A stretch of 64,000 bases of DNA from contig JAHLWZ010000450.1 in assembly GCA_020536535.1 (NCBI GenBank), forward strand, positions 1 to 64,000, in the 5' to 3' direction. The DNA is from Pelomyxa schiedti. Taxonomy: Eukaryota > Protista > Evosea. The position numbers and the translations under genes were made by a program. Every line of letters begins with the position of its first letter. Within the stretch, counting starts at the first letter, position 1. The notes below the pieces were generated by a model that saw only the letters and a list, made by a program, of their open reading frames with translations, searched no databases and was not told the origin of the DNA. Shown piece after piece: positions 22,860-37,644 of this stretch.

Positions 22860-25800
22860 ATGTCTCTTCGTCTGTGGCTCAGCTATTCTATTGTTGTTTG
22901 TGTCCTTCTTGGGTCTGTTAGTGCAGGAGGGAGTACGTTTTCTTCTTAATTATTACTTCACTCTTTTTCCTTGTTACCACTGAGTTTTCTTTTCATTTTT
23001 TGTTTTTTTGTTTGTTGTGTTTCTTTTCCCAATCACAATTCCCATTCACTTACTCTTATCCTGTATATATCTTTCAGTACTTGGGCTCAGTAGTATTTCG
23101 TCAGCAACAGAGGCTGCCACTGATGGATCAGAGCAAACTGTTATAAGTGGAGTGCTGTTACCCCTTCTGTCGGGATCATGCACAGTTCAGATAGGTGGAC
23201 AACCTTGCTTTAATGCCCATGGTGACACACTGGGTCTAAGTGTTACTTGCACTCCATCTCCTGGGGTTGGGACTTCTTTACTTGTAAACGTAGTTGGCTA
23301 TGCTTCTGCTGCAGTGTTTTCCTACAGAGGTTTTTCCAAACTATCTACCAACTAGTAGTGATCCTTATTCTGTTTACAGCGGCTTCAATTTCCTCTATTT
23401 CTGGGGGAAGCACAAGTGGGAATCAAAGAATTGTAATCTCTGGCTCCAATTTCGGGCCGAGCAGCACTTCAGGTAACCAAAAGCAGTTTTTGCTTTTTTG
23501 ATTAGTGATTTCGTTTTGGTAGTCTCTGTAACCGTTGGAAGTGGGGCGTGTGGAGGGATCAATGTTTCTCAGGCTCATCATCAAATTACTTGCTATCCTC
23601 CAGAAGGTGTTGGGTCAGCCACCGTAACCCTTAAAGTGCCCTCAGGTGGTTCTCGTTCCACCACCTTTCAATATGTTTATCCAGGTTTTTCATATCATCC
23701 ACCATTTTCAATTGGTGATACCAGTAGGTCCTACTATTAGTACGGCAACTGGTGTTAATACCAATGGCACTTTGACCACCATTTCTGGGACTAACTTTGG
23801 GCCTCTGGGAACACCTGTAACACTATTGCACCCACTTTCTTTTGGTTCACTTATTGATGCAGGTTTCAGTTACAGTTCATGGGAGTGAGTGCAAGGGTGC
23901 TGCTGTTTCTTTTGCCCACTATGCGATCTCTTGCACTGCTCCTGTTGGTGTCGGAACAAATCACAATGTTACTGTCACAGTTGCAGGAAAAACAGTCTCA
24001 GGCCGCATTCTTTCATACAACAGTATAGACTCATTTTCCGAGTCACTACTAATACTTGTCTCCAAGAGCCACGGATCACTGCTGTGACGAAATCAGATAC
24101 CGCTGCATCAAAGTTAATTAATATCACAGGGGAAAATTTTGGGCCCATTGGCACCCCTGTTGAGGTATTAATCGATGGCGTATCCTGTCAAAATCCATCT
24201 GTTATTGTTGCCCACAGATTGGTGTCTTGCAAGCCACCTTCTGGATCAGGTAACAAAACTGGAAGGGCCAATCTTACCATTTTCTAAGGCTCGAATCACT
24301 CCGTGACAATACAAGTCGGTGGGCAATGGTCGGACCCCCAGAATCTCTTCTCCTATTCCTGTACAGCCTCTTTTCGTTTCTTTAGCTCACAGAAAATGTA
24401 GCACCAATCATTACTTCTGTATCTCCTTCTGCAACATCAGGAGGGAGAATTACCATCGATGGAAACAATTTTGGACCACTTGGAACAAATGTTTGGCTTG
24501 ATTGTTTTGGGATGAACTCATTGTAATAGGTTTCTGTGCTTATTGCTGGAAAACCTTGTTTGGGGGCCTACATTGACGTTGCTCATACCAGGATATCTTG
24601 TACTGTGAATCAAGGAACAGGCACCAGCTATTCCACTTACGTAGAATTACCTGTGGGACAGCATTCCTTAGGGTGCCTTGCTCCAAATTCTTTTTCCTAC
24701 CAAGGTTTATTTTCCAAGCTTCCTTCTTCACAACTTTGACCACTTCTAGCCCCTGTCGTACTTGGTTCCACACCTGTTGCAACAGACGGAATGGAGAGCA
24801 CAGTTATTTTTGGGAATAACTTTGGTGCAATGGGAGGGAATTCAATTGTTTATATTAATAGCCAATTGTGCAATCAACCTGCCGTGTTATCTCACAATGT
24901 ATTCTTCTTATTGTTATCTTCAGTTTGGTTACTGTTTCCATAGGCCATATCTTGTCTACCAAAGAAAGGAGTGGGCATGAACCAAACTGTTGTTGTACAA
25001 ATTGATGGACAGTCTGGGTCAGCTATGGCATTTAGCTACAAATGTTTTCCACCAACTTCTTTCCCTTTTACCATCAATATTCATTGGTTTATTACAGCAC
25101 CCTCTTTGGCCTCAGCAACTGTTTCCAATAAGACAGCTATCATAACTGGCGATAATTTTGGTCCCCTAGATACTGTTGTTTCTGTTTTTATTGGCGATAA
25201 GCAGTGCTCTAGTGCCCGCGTATCTGTTGATTCCATTCAAATTCTTTGTACTCCAGCAGCGGGGACTATTGGTATTCCCACACAGTAACGTGAAGACTAA
25301 CCACATGTAGGACCAGAAGTTTTTGTTTCACTGAGAAATCCTTCAGGTGGGTTCTGGGTCAATACTTCTGCCAGTATTTTTGTAGCCAATGCACCTACAA
25401 TTAATTCCATCTCCCCCCCTCTCACTACTGCTGGAAACTCTACGGTTTATCTTCTGTGGGAGGCTTCTTTTTCTGACAACCTCTAGGCAATACTGTATGG
25501 AGATCACCTGGGTGTGACAGGGGCCTCTATAAACATAACAATTGAGGGGGAAGAATGCCAGAATGTTATTGTATTGGAGAATGATACTGCTGTATCCTGT
25601 ATTCCACCCGCTTTATGTGGGAAAAACCTCGAACTGGTTATCAAAGTGGTGTCTCCTGGCCAAAGTAATATGACGACTGGGATCTCAAAATTGTTCTACT
25701 ATCCCGGTTTGTCAAAATTTGTTACCCTTCATTTTCATATTTTTTTAAGGTCCAGAAGTATTTTATGTATCTTCTGCAAGTACACAAGGTGGTTCAATTT

Positions 25801-28800
25801 TACTTCATGGGAAGAATTTTGGACCTCTAAATACCACATTGACTGTTCAGATCAACAACGAAGCATGTATTCATGCATCTGTAACAGTTCCACATACAGA
25901 GATCTCGTGTATTGCCCCAGCTGGTGTAGGGGCTCATCTTCCACTCTCTTTATGGGTCCCCGCCAGCGGCTCTCACTCTCAAACGTTCGGATCCCCAGTA
26001 TTCAATTACAGCGGTACCTATCTCGTGTTTTCATTCAGTAGTTCTTTGACAATTGATCAGAGCCTAAAATAATCAATGCTACACAATCGGACACTGAAGG
26101 CAAAGATCCAACTTACATTAATGGTGAAAATTTTGGCCCTCTTGGTACTCGGGTGTCTGTCTTTATTGGCAATTACACCTGCGCAAATGCAACTGTCACT
26201 GTGGCACATAGACAGATTTCCTGCTACCCTCCACCAGGAATAGGACAACTCCCTCTCAACCTCACCATTCTCTCCAATACTTCACAAAGTGCTGTTTCGA
26301 CATTTCGCTATGCAGGTAACTACTTTTCATCCCTGCTCTTTTGAATAGCAGTAGTAAATAACATCTTAGGACCCAGCATTTCCTCTGGTTCAAGTTTCGC
26401 CACAATTTATGGTTTGCAGGCATATATTTATGGTCTCAACTTTGGCCCTCCAACAACAACAGTGTTTGTGACAATAAACAATCAGTCCTGTACTGGGGCC
26501 ATGGTGATTTCTCACACAACCATACAATGCACACCTCCCAGCGGGTCAGGCACCAACCTTAGCATAGTGGTATCAGTTGCTGCACAAGGTACTAGTGACT
26601 TTGTCTCAGATGGGAAGAATGCATTTTCCTACACATGTATGCACTTTGAAGTGCCAAAAATGTTTCTTAAAACTCGCAGATCCAAACATCATTTCGTGTG
26701 CACCTGTGGACACTGATGGCCAGACAGCTACCAAGATCACAGGTCGTTATTTTGGCCCAATTGGGGGTAATGTTTCGGTGACAATCAACCACCTTCCTTG
26801 TACCAATGCAAGTGTCATCGAAGCTGATTCAGTAATAAGTTGCTATCCTCCACCTGGGGCCGGAAAGTTCCTGCTTGTAGTTGTTTCCTTTTTGTACAAG
26901 GCAGCTAATACAACAGGAAATGCATCGGTTTTTTCTTACAATGGTGTGGCTTCCCCTTGGTTATACTGTTCTGAAACTCCATAGATCCTAGTCTTGGGAG
27001 TGCTACACATGTTGCAACAACCGGAATCGAGGAATGCATCATAGTTGGAAACAATTTTGGGCCTGTTGGGACTAAGTTGGAAGTTTTCATTAATGGGACA
27101 AAGTGCCTGAACTCCTCCGTGTTGAATCACACCCATATAAAGTGCTTTCCTCAAGCAGGAGTCGGTGCCAATCTTCCTTTATATGTTTCCGTGGCTTCGG
27201 ATGACAACATTCCAGCTACTACATTATCCAACGTGTTCTCCTTTACAAGTAGACGTGATTTTCTTTATCTTTGCTCACAGCCACGATTTCAGGCCCAACT
27301 ATTACTTTGGCAACAAGCACTGACTCAAATTCTTCAACCCCAACATTCATCACTGGGAATAACTTTGGTCCCATTGGGTCCCCTCTTTCTGTATCAATTG
27401 GGGGCAAAGAATGTCTGCAGGCAAAGGTGGTTGTCCCTCACACACAGATTGAATGTTACCCGCCACTGGGAGTTGGAAGGAATATCTCCATTACCGTTAC
27501 ACTAGTTCCTGGATCGAGTAATGTGATTAGCTGCAGTGCCCCCGTTTTTTCCTACAACTGTACACTGAGATATTTTTTTTTCTGCTTTAACAAGCATTTC
27601 AGTTCCTCAAGTGTCCACAGCCACCAGTGTAAATACTTATGAATATACAAAAACACGTGTAAGGGCAAATCTTCCTTTTCTACTTCTCATTCCCTTAGAT
27701 TACTGGAAAAAATTTCGGACCTACTGGTACCTCTGTTGAGGTAACCATTGACTCTCTTCCTTGCACAGAAGCTGCTGTTCTATCAGATTCTGTGGTGGAA
27801 TGTTATCCCCCTTCCGGGGTTGGTCGCGGTTAGTCTAGAAGTTACTCTCACAATTTCTTACTTTACTATAGCCCTATCTGTTTCTGTTGGGGTTGCCCGC
27901 CCAGGGCAACTCTTTTTCTCAAGCTCGGCCAAAGTGTTTTCTTTCAACTGTAGATTGCCTTATACTTGATTATAATTAAACTATCTCCTAGCTCCGAGTG
28001 CCTATTTTGCTAGCTCATGTGGCACTGAGGGACGAGAGAATATAACAATCTATGGAAGCAACTTTGGCAAGAAAGATCTCAACACCTCTCTTTATGTGTT
28101 GATTGGTGGCAAACCGTGTTCTGATGCATTTGTTTCTATGGACGATTTTCAGATTACTTGTGTTGCTCCAGCAGGTGTAGGGCAGGATGTTGAACTTGAG
28201 ATATGGGTGCCCTGGGATCCAGAAAAGAACCAAACTTTTAATTCTTCAATATTTTCTTATACAGGTACTCTCAATCCCATGCAATTCTTTCTCATTTCAA
28301 AAATAGCGCCATCCGTCACTTTTGTTTCCTCAGCAAACACTGATGGCAACCAAGCTCTCTACATCGACGGAAAGAACTTTGGATCATGCAACATGTCCTC
28401 TAATATTGGGGTGACTATAGGCGAGTCTCCTTGCAGAAACATCAGTCTATTATGTACAACACCAAGGATTATATGCTATCCACCACCTGGCTTTGGAATT
28501 AGACCTTTGAAACTTTCCATTCCTTCAGATCCAGCACACTCACAAGAAGCAACTTCATACTTCTCATACAATCGTAAGAAGTGGGAACTCTGCATTCAGT
28601 GATTAATTCAATGATAGTTCCTGAAATTCACAATGCATCTACAACTGATACTGATCCGCATAATGCAACTCTCATTTACGGAAGAAACTTTGGAACTGTG
28701 GATGCGAATATTAGTGTTATGATTGGTGGAAAAGCCTGCCAAGATGCATTCGTATATTTGGAGCACACTATAATTTCTTGTATTCCTGCCCCTGGATCTG

Positions 28801-31800
28801 GTCGTTTCATTGACGTTGAGGTTGTCATTAGGCAACCAATCCCACTCATCCTAAATAGGTTTGGATTCCAACTGGTTCCTCTCATTACACATCAAAAACA
28901 GCGTTTAGCTACAGTGGTATGAAAGACTCTTTCCTTCTATCCTTCCTAATTGTTTTTGAATTACTTCCTTCTTGCAAAAGATCCAATTATTGACTTCATA
29001 ACCCCTTGTTCAACTGCTGGCCAGAGTCCCGTTTTTATCAATGGATCCAACTTTGGCCCACTACTAACTAACGTGTCCGTCAAAATTGGTGGAGAGCTAT
29101 GCCAGAATGCTTCTGTTACTATTCCTCATACTCAGATTATGTGTTATCCTCCGCCAGGAGTTGGCGCCAATATTGTTGTTCAACTATCAGTCCCCAGTAA
29201 GAAAACTGACACCAGTTATCCTATTGAGATTTCATCCCCAATTTTTTCCTATTCTCGTAAGCAGCCAAGTCTGCACTTCAGTAAAACTTATACCGTGCAG
29301 CTCCTTTGCTGTTGTCCACAAAGGGCTCTGGTACAGATGGGAGAAGAGAACTCAAAATTCTTGGTTCTAATCTTGGCCCTTTTGGTACAAATGTGTGTTT
29401 GCCCCACTGATTCCTTCATTTAGTGATTTGTAACAGATGCTCGTTCTTGTAAATGGAGAGATTTGCGAGTCACCCAGAATAACACAAGAGCACGTGGAAA
29501 TTGGGTGTTTTGCCTCTCCAGGCGTTGGAACAAATCTCCCTGTGACTGTTTTCATTCCAGCAACTGTCAGTGAAGCACAAAACTTTTCAGCCAATATTTT
29601 TTCTTATGACCGTAATCTCCTGCACTGCCCCCCCTTTGACACTCACATGTTATTGTAGCTCCATTCATAAGTTACTCAACCCTTGGTGATACCACTGGGC
29701 TGGTCCCTGTTTCTATATTTGGCACTGATTTTGGTCCGAACTTGACCATTATAAGTGTTACTATTGATGGAGTAGCCTGCAGTGCCTATGTCAAAACGCC
29801 TCACACAGAAATATCTTTTCTGCCGCCCGTTGGTGTTGGAAGTGATCATAATATCTCAGTTGCAGTTCCCGAAGGAGGTCAAATTGGATTGGGGATGTTT
29901 TCATACAAATGTATGTATTCATTGTGAATTTCCTTATGAAGTTTACTTTCTCTATAGACCCTCACATAAATTCAACAACTCGTGCTTCCACAACCGGACT
30001 TGAGAGGTATATCCCCTTTTCTCCTTTTCATCTAAGCTCAACAAAGAACGATAATAACTGGGGAAAACTTTGGTCCTTCCATAACACCAGTATTTGTGAC
30101 AGTGGGAGGAGCTGAATGCATAAATGCCACAGTAGTTGTGGATCACAAACAAATAGAAGTAGGCCTGTAAAATGACGATACCTTTTGTACTAATACTATT
30201 AATAGTGCTACCCTCCCCCCGGTGTAGGCTGTGGAAATACAGTTCAGGTATTCGTTCCGACTGGGTCGTCGCAATTCGGTTCCGCCACTTCTTTTTGTTA
30301 TTCTGGCTAGTCTCCCTTTGAAAACTTTTTCTTTTTCTGTTAATGCACCATTAGAGCCTGTCATTGACGATATTCCAGCAGTGCAAACACTGGGAGAAAG
30401 TATTATCATTAGTGTATGCAAGTTCCCATTTAGTCTCGATTTATTTGCATTAGGGTACAAACTTTGGACCTGGTGGTTCATTCTATAAAATAAGTGGTTT
30501 TGTGGATAACAGCTCTACGTTTATTGCGTCATGGTTAAATCAGAGTGCTATCATGGCTCCAATTCCTGCTGGTACTGGCCTGAACCACTTCATAAGAGTG
30601 CAAGTAAAAAATATTTACTCCAACACTATTAAGCTGAACTATCAAGGTATACCACTTGATTCCCACAACTGTAACGTCCTCCTAGGTCCGGTCGTTTTAT
30701 CAGCATCACCAACCAGCACTGCAGGAGATGAGTATACAAGAATTTCTGGTTCTAATTTTGGGCCTCTTGTCACGAATGTAAAACCCCGAGATACTGTACA
30801 AATACTAACCCATGAAGGTTTCAGTTACTATAAACGGTCAACCTTGTGAGGATGCACATGTCTCGCACCCAGGAGTAGAAATTTCCTGCTTGCCTTGTAT
30901 GGGGATTGGTACAGGGAATCTTATTGAGGTATCATTTTGTAACACAAGAAATCAGCTTAGGTATCCACTAGATAATAATCCCAGCCAACTCAGAGAATTC
31001 CCAGTCTGCATCTGCAAATATATTTTCTTACCGGGGTAGGGAAGTTGTCTTATTTTCCATTTCACTTAAGATTCTTAGCGCCGTCTATTGAGTCAGTAGC
31101 AGTAACGAGTTGCACCAGTGGCACATTAAATATTACTGGCTCAAACTTCGGTGCAAATGAATCCGAGATATCCATTTTAATTGGAGGGGAACGCTGCAAG
31201 GACACAGTTATGACAACATTCCATACTGCATTGTCATGCAAGATTCCTCCAAAAGTGAAATCTGGAGATTCTGTTGTAGTAGTAGTTGCTTCTCAGGAAA
31301 GCAATCATGCCTCTTTGCCTTGTACCAAGAAGCTCAACCTCCCTTTGGTGATAGGAGTTTGTGGGGGTGGTGCTCTCTTACTTGTTTCTTCGGCAGTTGT
31401 GGCTACTGCCTGCATTTGCTTTCGAAAGAGGTTCCAAAAACCACAAATGGTTATGCCTTCTAAAGGAAAGCAGGAGACATTATTTCCCAGGAGAGGTTCC
31501 AATGAATGATCTCTGGACAACAGATGAGTCAAATGAAGACGTCTTTGATGAATCGAAGTCACTGTATACCCCCTTTCTTTCCAGACTTGTTTGTAATCCC
31601 CTGTAGGGCTGTGGAAAATGATGACTTCATTCTTAACGTAAGTTTGCCATACATTCAAACCCCAAATAATCTACATTCAGGTGTCGATTTCCACTTTATC
31701 TTTTGGGCTTGGATCACACCGAGCCCCTGTGGATAAACAATTGGAAGAATCAATTGAATTGACCAACTATACCAAGAAACCCATCATTTATAAGTTCTAT

Positions 31801-33506
31801 CCACCACCATCCAGAAAGATTGCAATGTCCTTTAGTCCCCAGAGCGTTATCCTTGAACCGGTTAGTAATTTGACTCTTCATTTTTGTAACTTGGCGAAAA
31901 GATGGGTCAAGTTGACGTTCTTGTTACATGCACTATGCTGTGTACGACATCAATATCAGGTTCTGTCACATTGGCTGCTTCATTTGGTTAGACGTCGAAG
32001 TTTTAGTGCCAATCCTTAATTGCACTTGGATATCAGGTCGCAATTTTGGGGAGAAACCATTGCAGCATATTACTATCCCACTCACCTTAGAATCGAAGCT
32101 GTCAACGAAACTGGATCCTGACGAAATTATTTTACATACTCCGGCTATTGGTAGGTACTTTGGGCATGCTATTCTTATTCTAACACCCAAAAACAGGTGA
32201 AGGTATATGTACAATCAAACTTGTAACAAGTTATAATAATTATCAAAGGCTCTTTTGGATTTGTCTATAAGGGGGAGTGGCGTAGTCAAACTGTTGCTGT
32301 CAAGGTATTCTGAACTTAGATATCTAAATGATACATAAAATGTTTCAGATTCTCAAAAATCAGGAAAGTGCTACACAGGCAATGCATGACGAGTTTCTTC
32401 AGGAGGTGTGCCTATGATAACCTAGAAACGATCTAAAAATGAATAGATTCAAACATTGGAGTCATTCCGATGCCCACAGGTAATCATCTTCTGTAACCCG
32501 GGTTGGTACCCACGTCCTCTAGATAGTGAATTTCGTTGGTGCAATTCATATTAAGAAGAGGCTTGCCATATTAACAGTATGGATGAACATTCATGAAAAC
32601 CCATTAAGAGAATTAGGAATTTATGGAACTGGGAAGTCTGTCACATGTGATTGAACACAATAAACTCACAATAAAGCAAAAATATAAAATTCTTTTGGAC
32701 TGTGCACGTGGGATGAGCTACCTGCACAAGGTTCTCATTCTCTCATCTTTGTGTTTTTTCTCATTTTTTTAGAGTGGCATTATTCACCGGTATCATTGAA
32801 CTATTTTTTCCCCCGGTGTTCATTGTATGCAGAGACCTTAAAGCAGACAACATTCTACTCGCCACACTTGACACAAGTGCGGCAGTGTGTGCAAAATTAA
32901 CCGATTTTGGAACAACACGAGATATCACAACCTCAGCTGCCGATCTTCAGATGACCAAGGCAGTTGGGTGAGTAAATTCTATCCAAGTAAACAGTGATCT
33001 CACACACATTAGAACACCTGCATATATGAGTCCAGGTATATCCTAGGGGTAAGTAAATAAGGGATCTCATTTGATTGCAGAAATTCTACAAAATGCGCCC
33101 TACGACTTCTCCACTGACGTGTACAGTTTCGCCGTATTGTCTTACTTCGTATTCACAGAGAAGGGTACTCCTGTTTTTTTCCTTGTCAGTGTTCTTACAG
33201 CTTTTAGTCCCTTTCAGTGATTCTGAGTTCCGTGGTTCTTCTTGGAGTGAGTCACCCCTCCTTTAAATACAACCACTTAACCACTGTGCAGAAATTCTAG
33301 AGTTTGTAATTTCCGGGAAGGTATTTCTTTTTCTTTACTCTGGCACCAAAAACTAAACCCAACAAAAGAGGTTGACTTTGACAGAGAAAGTACCCAGTGA
33401 TGCTGTTCCCTTGATAGGAAGTTGTTGGGCACAAGAACCATCCACAAGGCCAAAGTTTGACTCTGTCGTCTCCGCACTGGAGCCCCTTTTTGACAGCAGC
33501 ACCTGA
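22860..33506 (+). CDS. Receptor-type transmembrane kinase (TKL group, Entamoeba TMK-like) with ~25 extracellular IPT/TIG repeats
   Basis: Signal peptide MSLRLWLSYSIVVCVLLGSVSA. About 25 repeats of I.GxNFGP...V.I....C...H..I.C..P.G.G...FSY. TM segment VIGVCGGGALLLVSSAVVATACICF. Juxtamembrane LESKLSTKLDPDEI. Kinase motifs IGEG|SFG.VYKG.W, VAVK, HRDLKADN, DFG, GTPAYMSPE and TDVYSF. Confidence 0.9.
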
Positions 33507-33662
33507 TAACAAAGCCACGAAACAAATACAATAGACCAACACTAGAATCAAAACACAAAAAAAAAAGAGTGAGAGACTACCCACGAGGCAAATGAGAGGA
33601 ATAAAATAAGCGTTTCATTCTTCTTCAAATTGCTTGTTCTTCATTTGGGTGTATTCTATCTA

Positions 33663-36600
33663 CTAACTCCACCATCCACATTCATGCAAAAGCTCACCCC
33701 ACATATCACAACAACCTCGGGCACTCTCTGCATACATATAGTAGTCCCGGAAGTACCGCACCTGTTGATTTTTAGCTTACTAGTTTGTCCGGGAGGTTTG
33801 ATACATGTGCAGAGATATCCATCCACAGAGTTGTTGGTGGCCGGTACCATATAAGGATTACATGTTTGAGACGGAGTATATCCTGTGCGTTCTGAGAATG
33901 TAGTAATCCTGTATCATTCATACCATAAGGCCTGCCTTTCCCTGACAAATGAGATGTAGGGAGGGAGGCATGTGCGCCATGAAGCTCATTTCACCAATGT
34001 TGAAAACCACAGGGAGACTATTTTCCCACAGGCCATTAATTACTGCAATATTCTCTTGTAAAGGCTGAAGCCATTCCAAAGGGTCACAAGCAACTACAGT
34101 ATCAATATTCCTTTTAATGACTGCACACCAAACACCCTCTCCTGGTCGCATGATCTTTGTTTTTTTTTTTTTTTGGCTTAGCAAAAAACTCAGTGCCTTC
34201 CTTTGTAACCTTCAGCCAAGCTTCCCACTGATTACCTACTGCTATAGCCGCCAATCTCCAGTTCCTACACTGCTTATGAATTTTCGATCCATGAAAAAGT
34301 AGATACCTTATCATACTTGCTTCATTGTCACCATACTTGAGAGCAACCCTAATAAAAAGGTAGTTGAGTTATAGCTGAGACAATTTACTCTACTTGCTGT
34401 ATTGCTTTGCTTGCAAAGAAACGTCATACCACTGTTTGCATGTGAGGGCACACGAGTTCAAATCGACAATATCCAAGAAACTAACTTGTTTATTGGGTTT
34501 CCTAAAAACGCAACTACTTTTGGCAAACCTGAAAATAACTTCAAGGCACGCATTGGGTAAAATTTGTTCAACCTGCGCTGTTGCTCTCTCTAGAACACCG
34601 CATGTTGATGCCAAATAATTGGCACACTCAGTAAATTGAGGAACGTGATAAAGAGCCACCTAGAGCCGTTGGAAAAGGAAATGAAAAGGAACCTTACTTC
34701 ATGTGCTGTGAACTCTTTTTTATCAGGTGTGCGCTGTTGAGTGTTTAGTCCTTTCCCAACGAGCATCTTGAGAATGGATGGATCTTTATGATGGGCAGCT
34801 AAATGCACCAATGAGTATTTTGTGGAAGGGATGTTCCAGTCTATTTTTGCCTCTAATTCAGTAGCTATTCTGGTCACTACAGTCCCATGCCTAAATGCAA
34901 GGTGCAATGCCGTCCAACCAGATCCTGAAACGGCTGTAAGCAATTGAGGCCCAACTCCCCTTTCTGTCTCCCCAGAAACAATCATGTCCAAAACTTTTAA
35001 AGCAACAGTGGTATCTTGGAGACGCAGTGATAAATAAAGTTCATTCCGCCCAAGTATATCTGTATTCCCAAGCTGCACAGAAGGGTTGCTCAAGAGTGCT
35101 AGAGACACTGGAGTCTTATTGTTCATAATAGACCTCATCAGTGGTGTTTCGTTTTTCTTGGATTTGGCATTCACTTGAGCTCCAATAAGACACAAAACCT
35201 CGACTGCCTCAGGGCTCAGTGCTTTGTGCAAGGGGGTCTCATTATCAGAATCGCGCACTTCCCCGACAGTTTTATGAATACTGGAAATAAGCTTAAGTAG
35301 CTTGATATCATCAATCGACACTACGAAAAAGAGAATTGGCAGAGGATCTGCACCACAACTCAGTAGTTTGAATAGAAGTTCATTATCAATGTCTTGATTG
35401 GATTTCCGCAAGGTACTACGTAAGGTTAAAAGCCGAGTCAATTGGAAAGGTCTACCATGTCAAAGCACTCTTCCCATCCTGATTAATATGATTCAAGTCA
35501 ATACCTGGAATTTGTAATAGCCACTCTGCCACTGTTCGATTACCAACTATAATAGACTCCATGAGTGGAGTGTTGCCTTCCGAAGATATGGCATTTATAT
35601 TCACCCCAACTTTTAATAGGACCTCCCCTGCTTCAACACTACGGATATAGTGGGCAAGCATTTTTCCTGAAGCATTGGGTAAATCTTCGATGACTCTGGC
35701 GGAAGATACAACAAATTTTAGCATATCCACATTATCAGTTTCAACAATGTCATGGAGGGAACTACTGGGATTGACCCCAGCACGAAGTAGAACTCCAAAT
35801 ACATTGTAGTAATACTTCTGCATTTCTTCTGAGACCTGCAGCAATGAGTGTGCCCATTTCAGAGTCTTCATCTCAGAGGAAATGTATTGTAATGTAAGAT
35901 TTTTTTCTTTGTCACTCACTCGAGTAGAGTTTGTAAGAGCTTCTATTGCAACAAGATTCTTGGTTATAACAGCATATCGGAGGGGTGAGTTGACATTGAG
36001 GTCAATGATAGGCGATTCTATAAAAACTTGGAGCAGATCACTGGAGCAGTGGGCTTTTATGGCATAGTGCAGAGGTGATGCCGCAATCTCTGTGCTAAAG
36101 AGTGCAGGAGCAGCTGCCAGTAGAGTGGAAAGGCAAGGCAGGGATCGAGAACCTGAAATCATATGCTGAACTGGGGTGCGTCCATGCTTGTCTTCAGAGG
36201 TAAAAGCATTTGGTCCCATAAACTTTAAAAGTACTTCAAGGCATTTTGTTGAACCTATCTTTGTTCAATCAACAATGGAAATTCAACTTCTTAGATACAA
36301 GAGAAACTAGGTGAACAAGGTTGTAACCATCTCTATTCTCCGTGAAAATAATCCCCTGTTTGGGCTCGGTACTAAGAAAAAAGGAACATGGCAAACCTGG
36401 GCTTTTTCCATGAGGTACCCTAACAGTTCTGCATTTTCAGATAGACAAGTTAAATGTAGCAAGCTGTTTTGTTTTGCATCTGAAGACTCAATTTCAGTTT
36501 TGTTGGCCTCTACTTTCATTCTTACAAGAGCAGCGTTTCCTGTAATTGCAGCAAGTTTTGTCTTGAAAAGAAACTTAGTAATCACGAAGCAAGCTGTATT

Positions 36601-37179
36601 AAGAGTATACGTCGGTGCAGGGCAGGCCTGATGCAAGGGCATCGACAATATAGAACATTTCCATTGCATACACTTTCAATACATCCTCTGGCATCCCAGT
36701 TTCCACTTTCTCAACAATCGTACTGCATAAAATTTAGTATATAGATATAAATGGGTGCTAGAGAACCTCATTCTTGTTGCAATGTATTTAATGGGTGCAG
36801 CAACAGTGGCTTTGGATTTAATAAAGCCAGGTATGCCATCAACTCTGGTCGTTACCTATTGCCAAATGAAAGGTGACCTTTCATAGTAGCACACCAATTT
36901 CACCAATTTCTCTCTCTCACAAAAAAAACATACTTGCTGAAACAAATCAAGAAGATGGGTTCCTCCCCTGGTAGAAGGTGCAGATGCCAATGCACGCGAT
37001 AACCTCTCAACCAGAGGCCCCGTCAATGAGGTTGCCCTTGGTTTCTGTTTTGTTTGTGGGTCACACGCGTACAGTACACAAAAAAGCAAAGCCCTTGAAA
37101 CGGGATTATGGCCCACCGTATTGGTTGGCGTTGCATAGTTTGCTCCGCTTTTACCTTTGGGCTGAAACGACACCCTCAT
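33663..37179 (-). CDS. Multi-ankyrin-repeat protein with an F-box and a C-terminal domain (5' end uncertain)
   Basis: Many ankyrin repeats (GRTPVQH, SPLHYA, GNTPLMES, NETPLHKA, GWTALHLA). F-box LPNACLEVIF|SFLDIVDLNSCALTCKQWYDVS after removing one intron. Confidence 0.75.
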
Positions 37180-37644
37180 GCTCCAAAAAAAAACAAAAAA
37201 AAACAAGAAGCGTGTGCACGAGACCAACTTGGAGATGCAGAAGAATCTAAGGACAACTGGCAGAATAAAAAAAACACCAGACCGCCGATCCTGAGCCACG
37301 ATAACGAAATGACAGCGTTCCGGTCTGTTGATTATTTTATGCAGCCAACTAACCAAACGGCCACAGCAAGTGTACATAAAATTTTTTAAGTCCAGACAGA
37401 ATTTGTTTGTTTGGGTGATGGAGGTACTCCAGCAAGTAGAAACTTGCTTGAGAAAACGGTTGGCATTATTTTAATAAGAGGTCGGACATAGGATTCCTTT
37501 TAGGTATATTTACAGCAATCTGCAAAAAGAAAGTTAGGCAAGCTGAGCGAGGAAATTGCATTTTATTTGGGAGAGTATCCCACACAAACTCGCTGTTTAC
37601 ATCCACACACGGTACTACAAACATGGACATACACAAGGTATCAT

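Noticed and set aside
22860-33506. Alternative genetic code or many frameshifts suggested by fragmented ORFs
   Set aside because: Fragmentation is explained by short GT-AG introns, and long exons elsewhere translate cleanly with the standard code.
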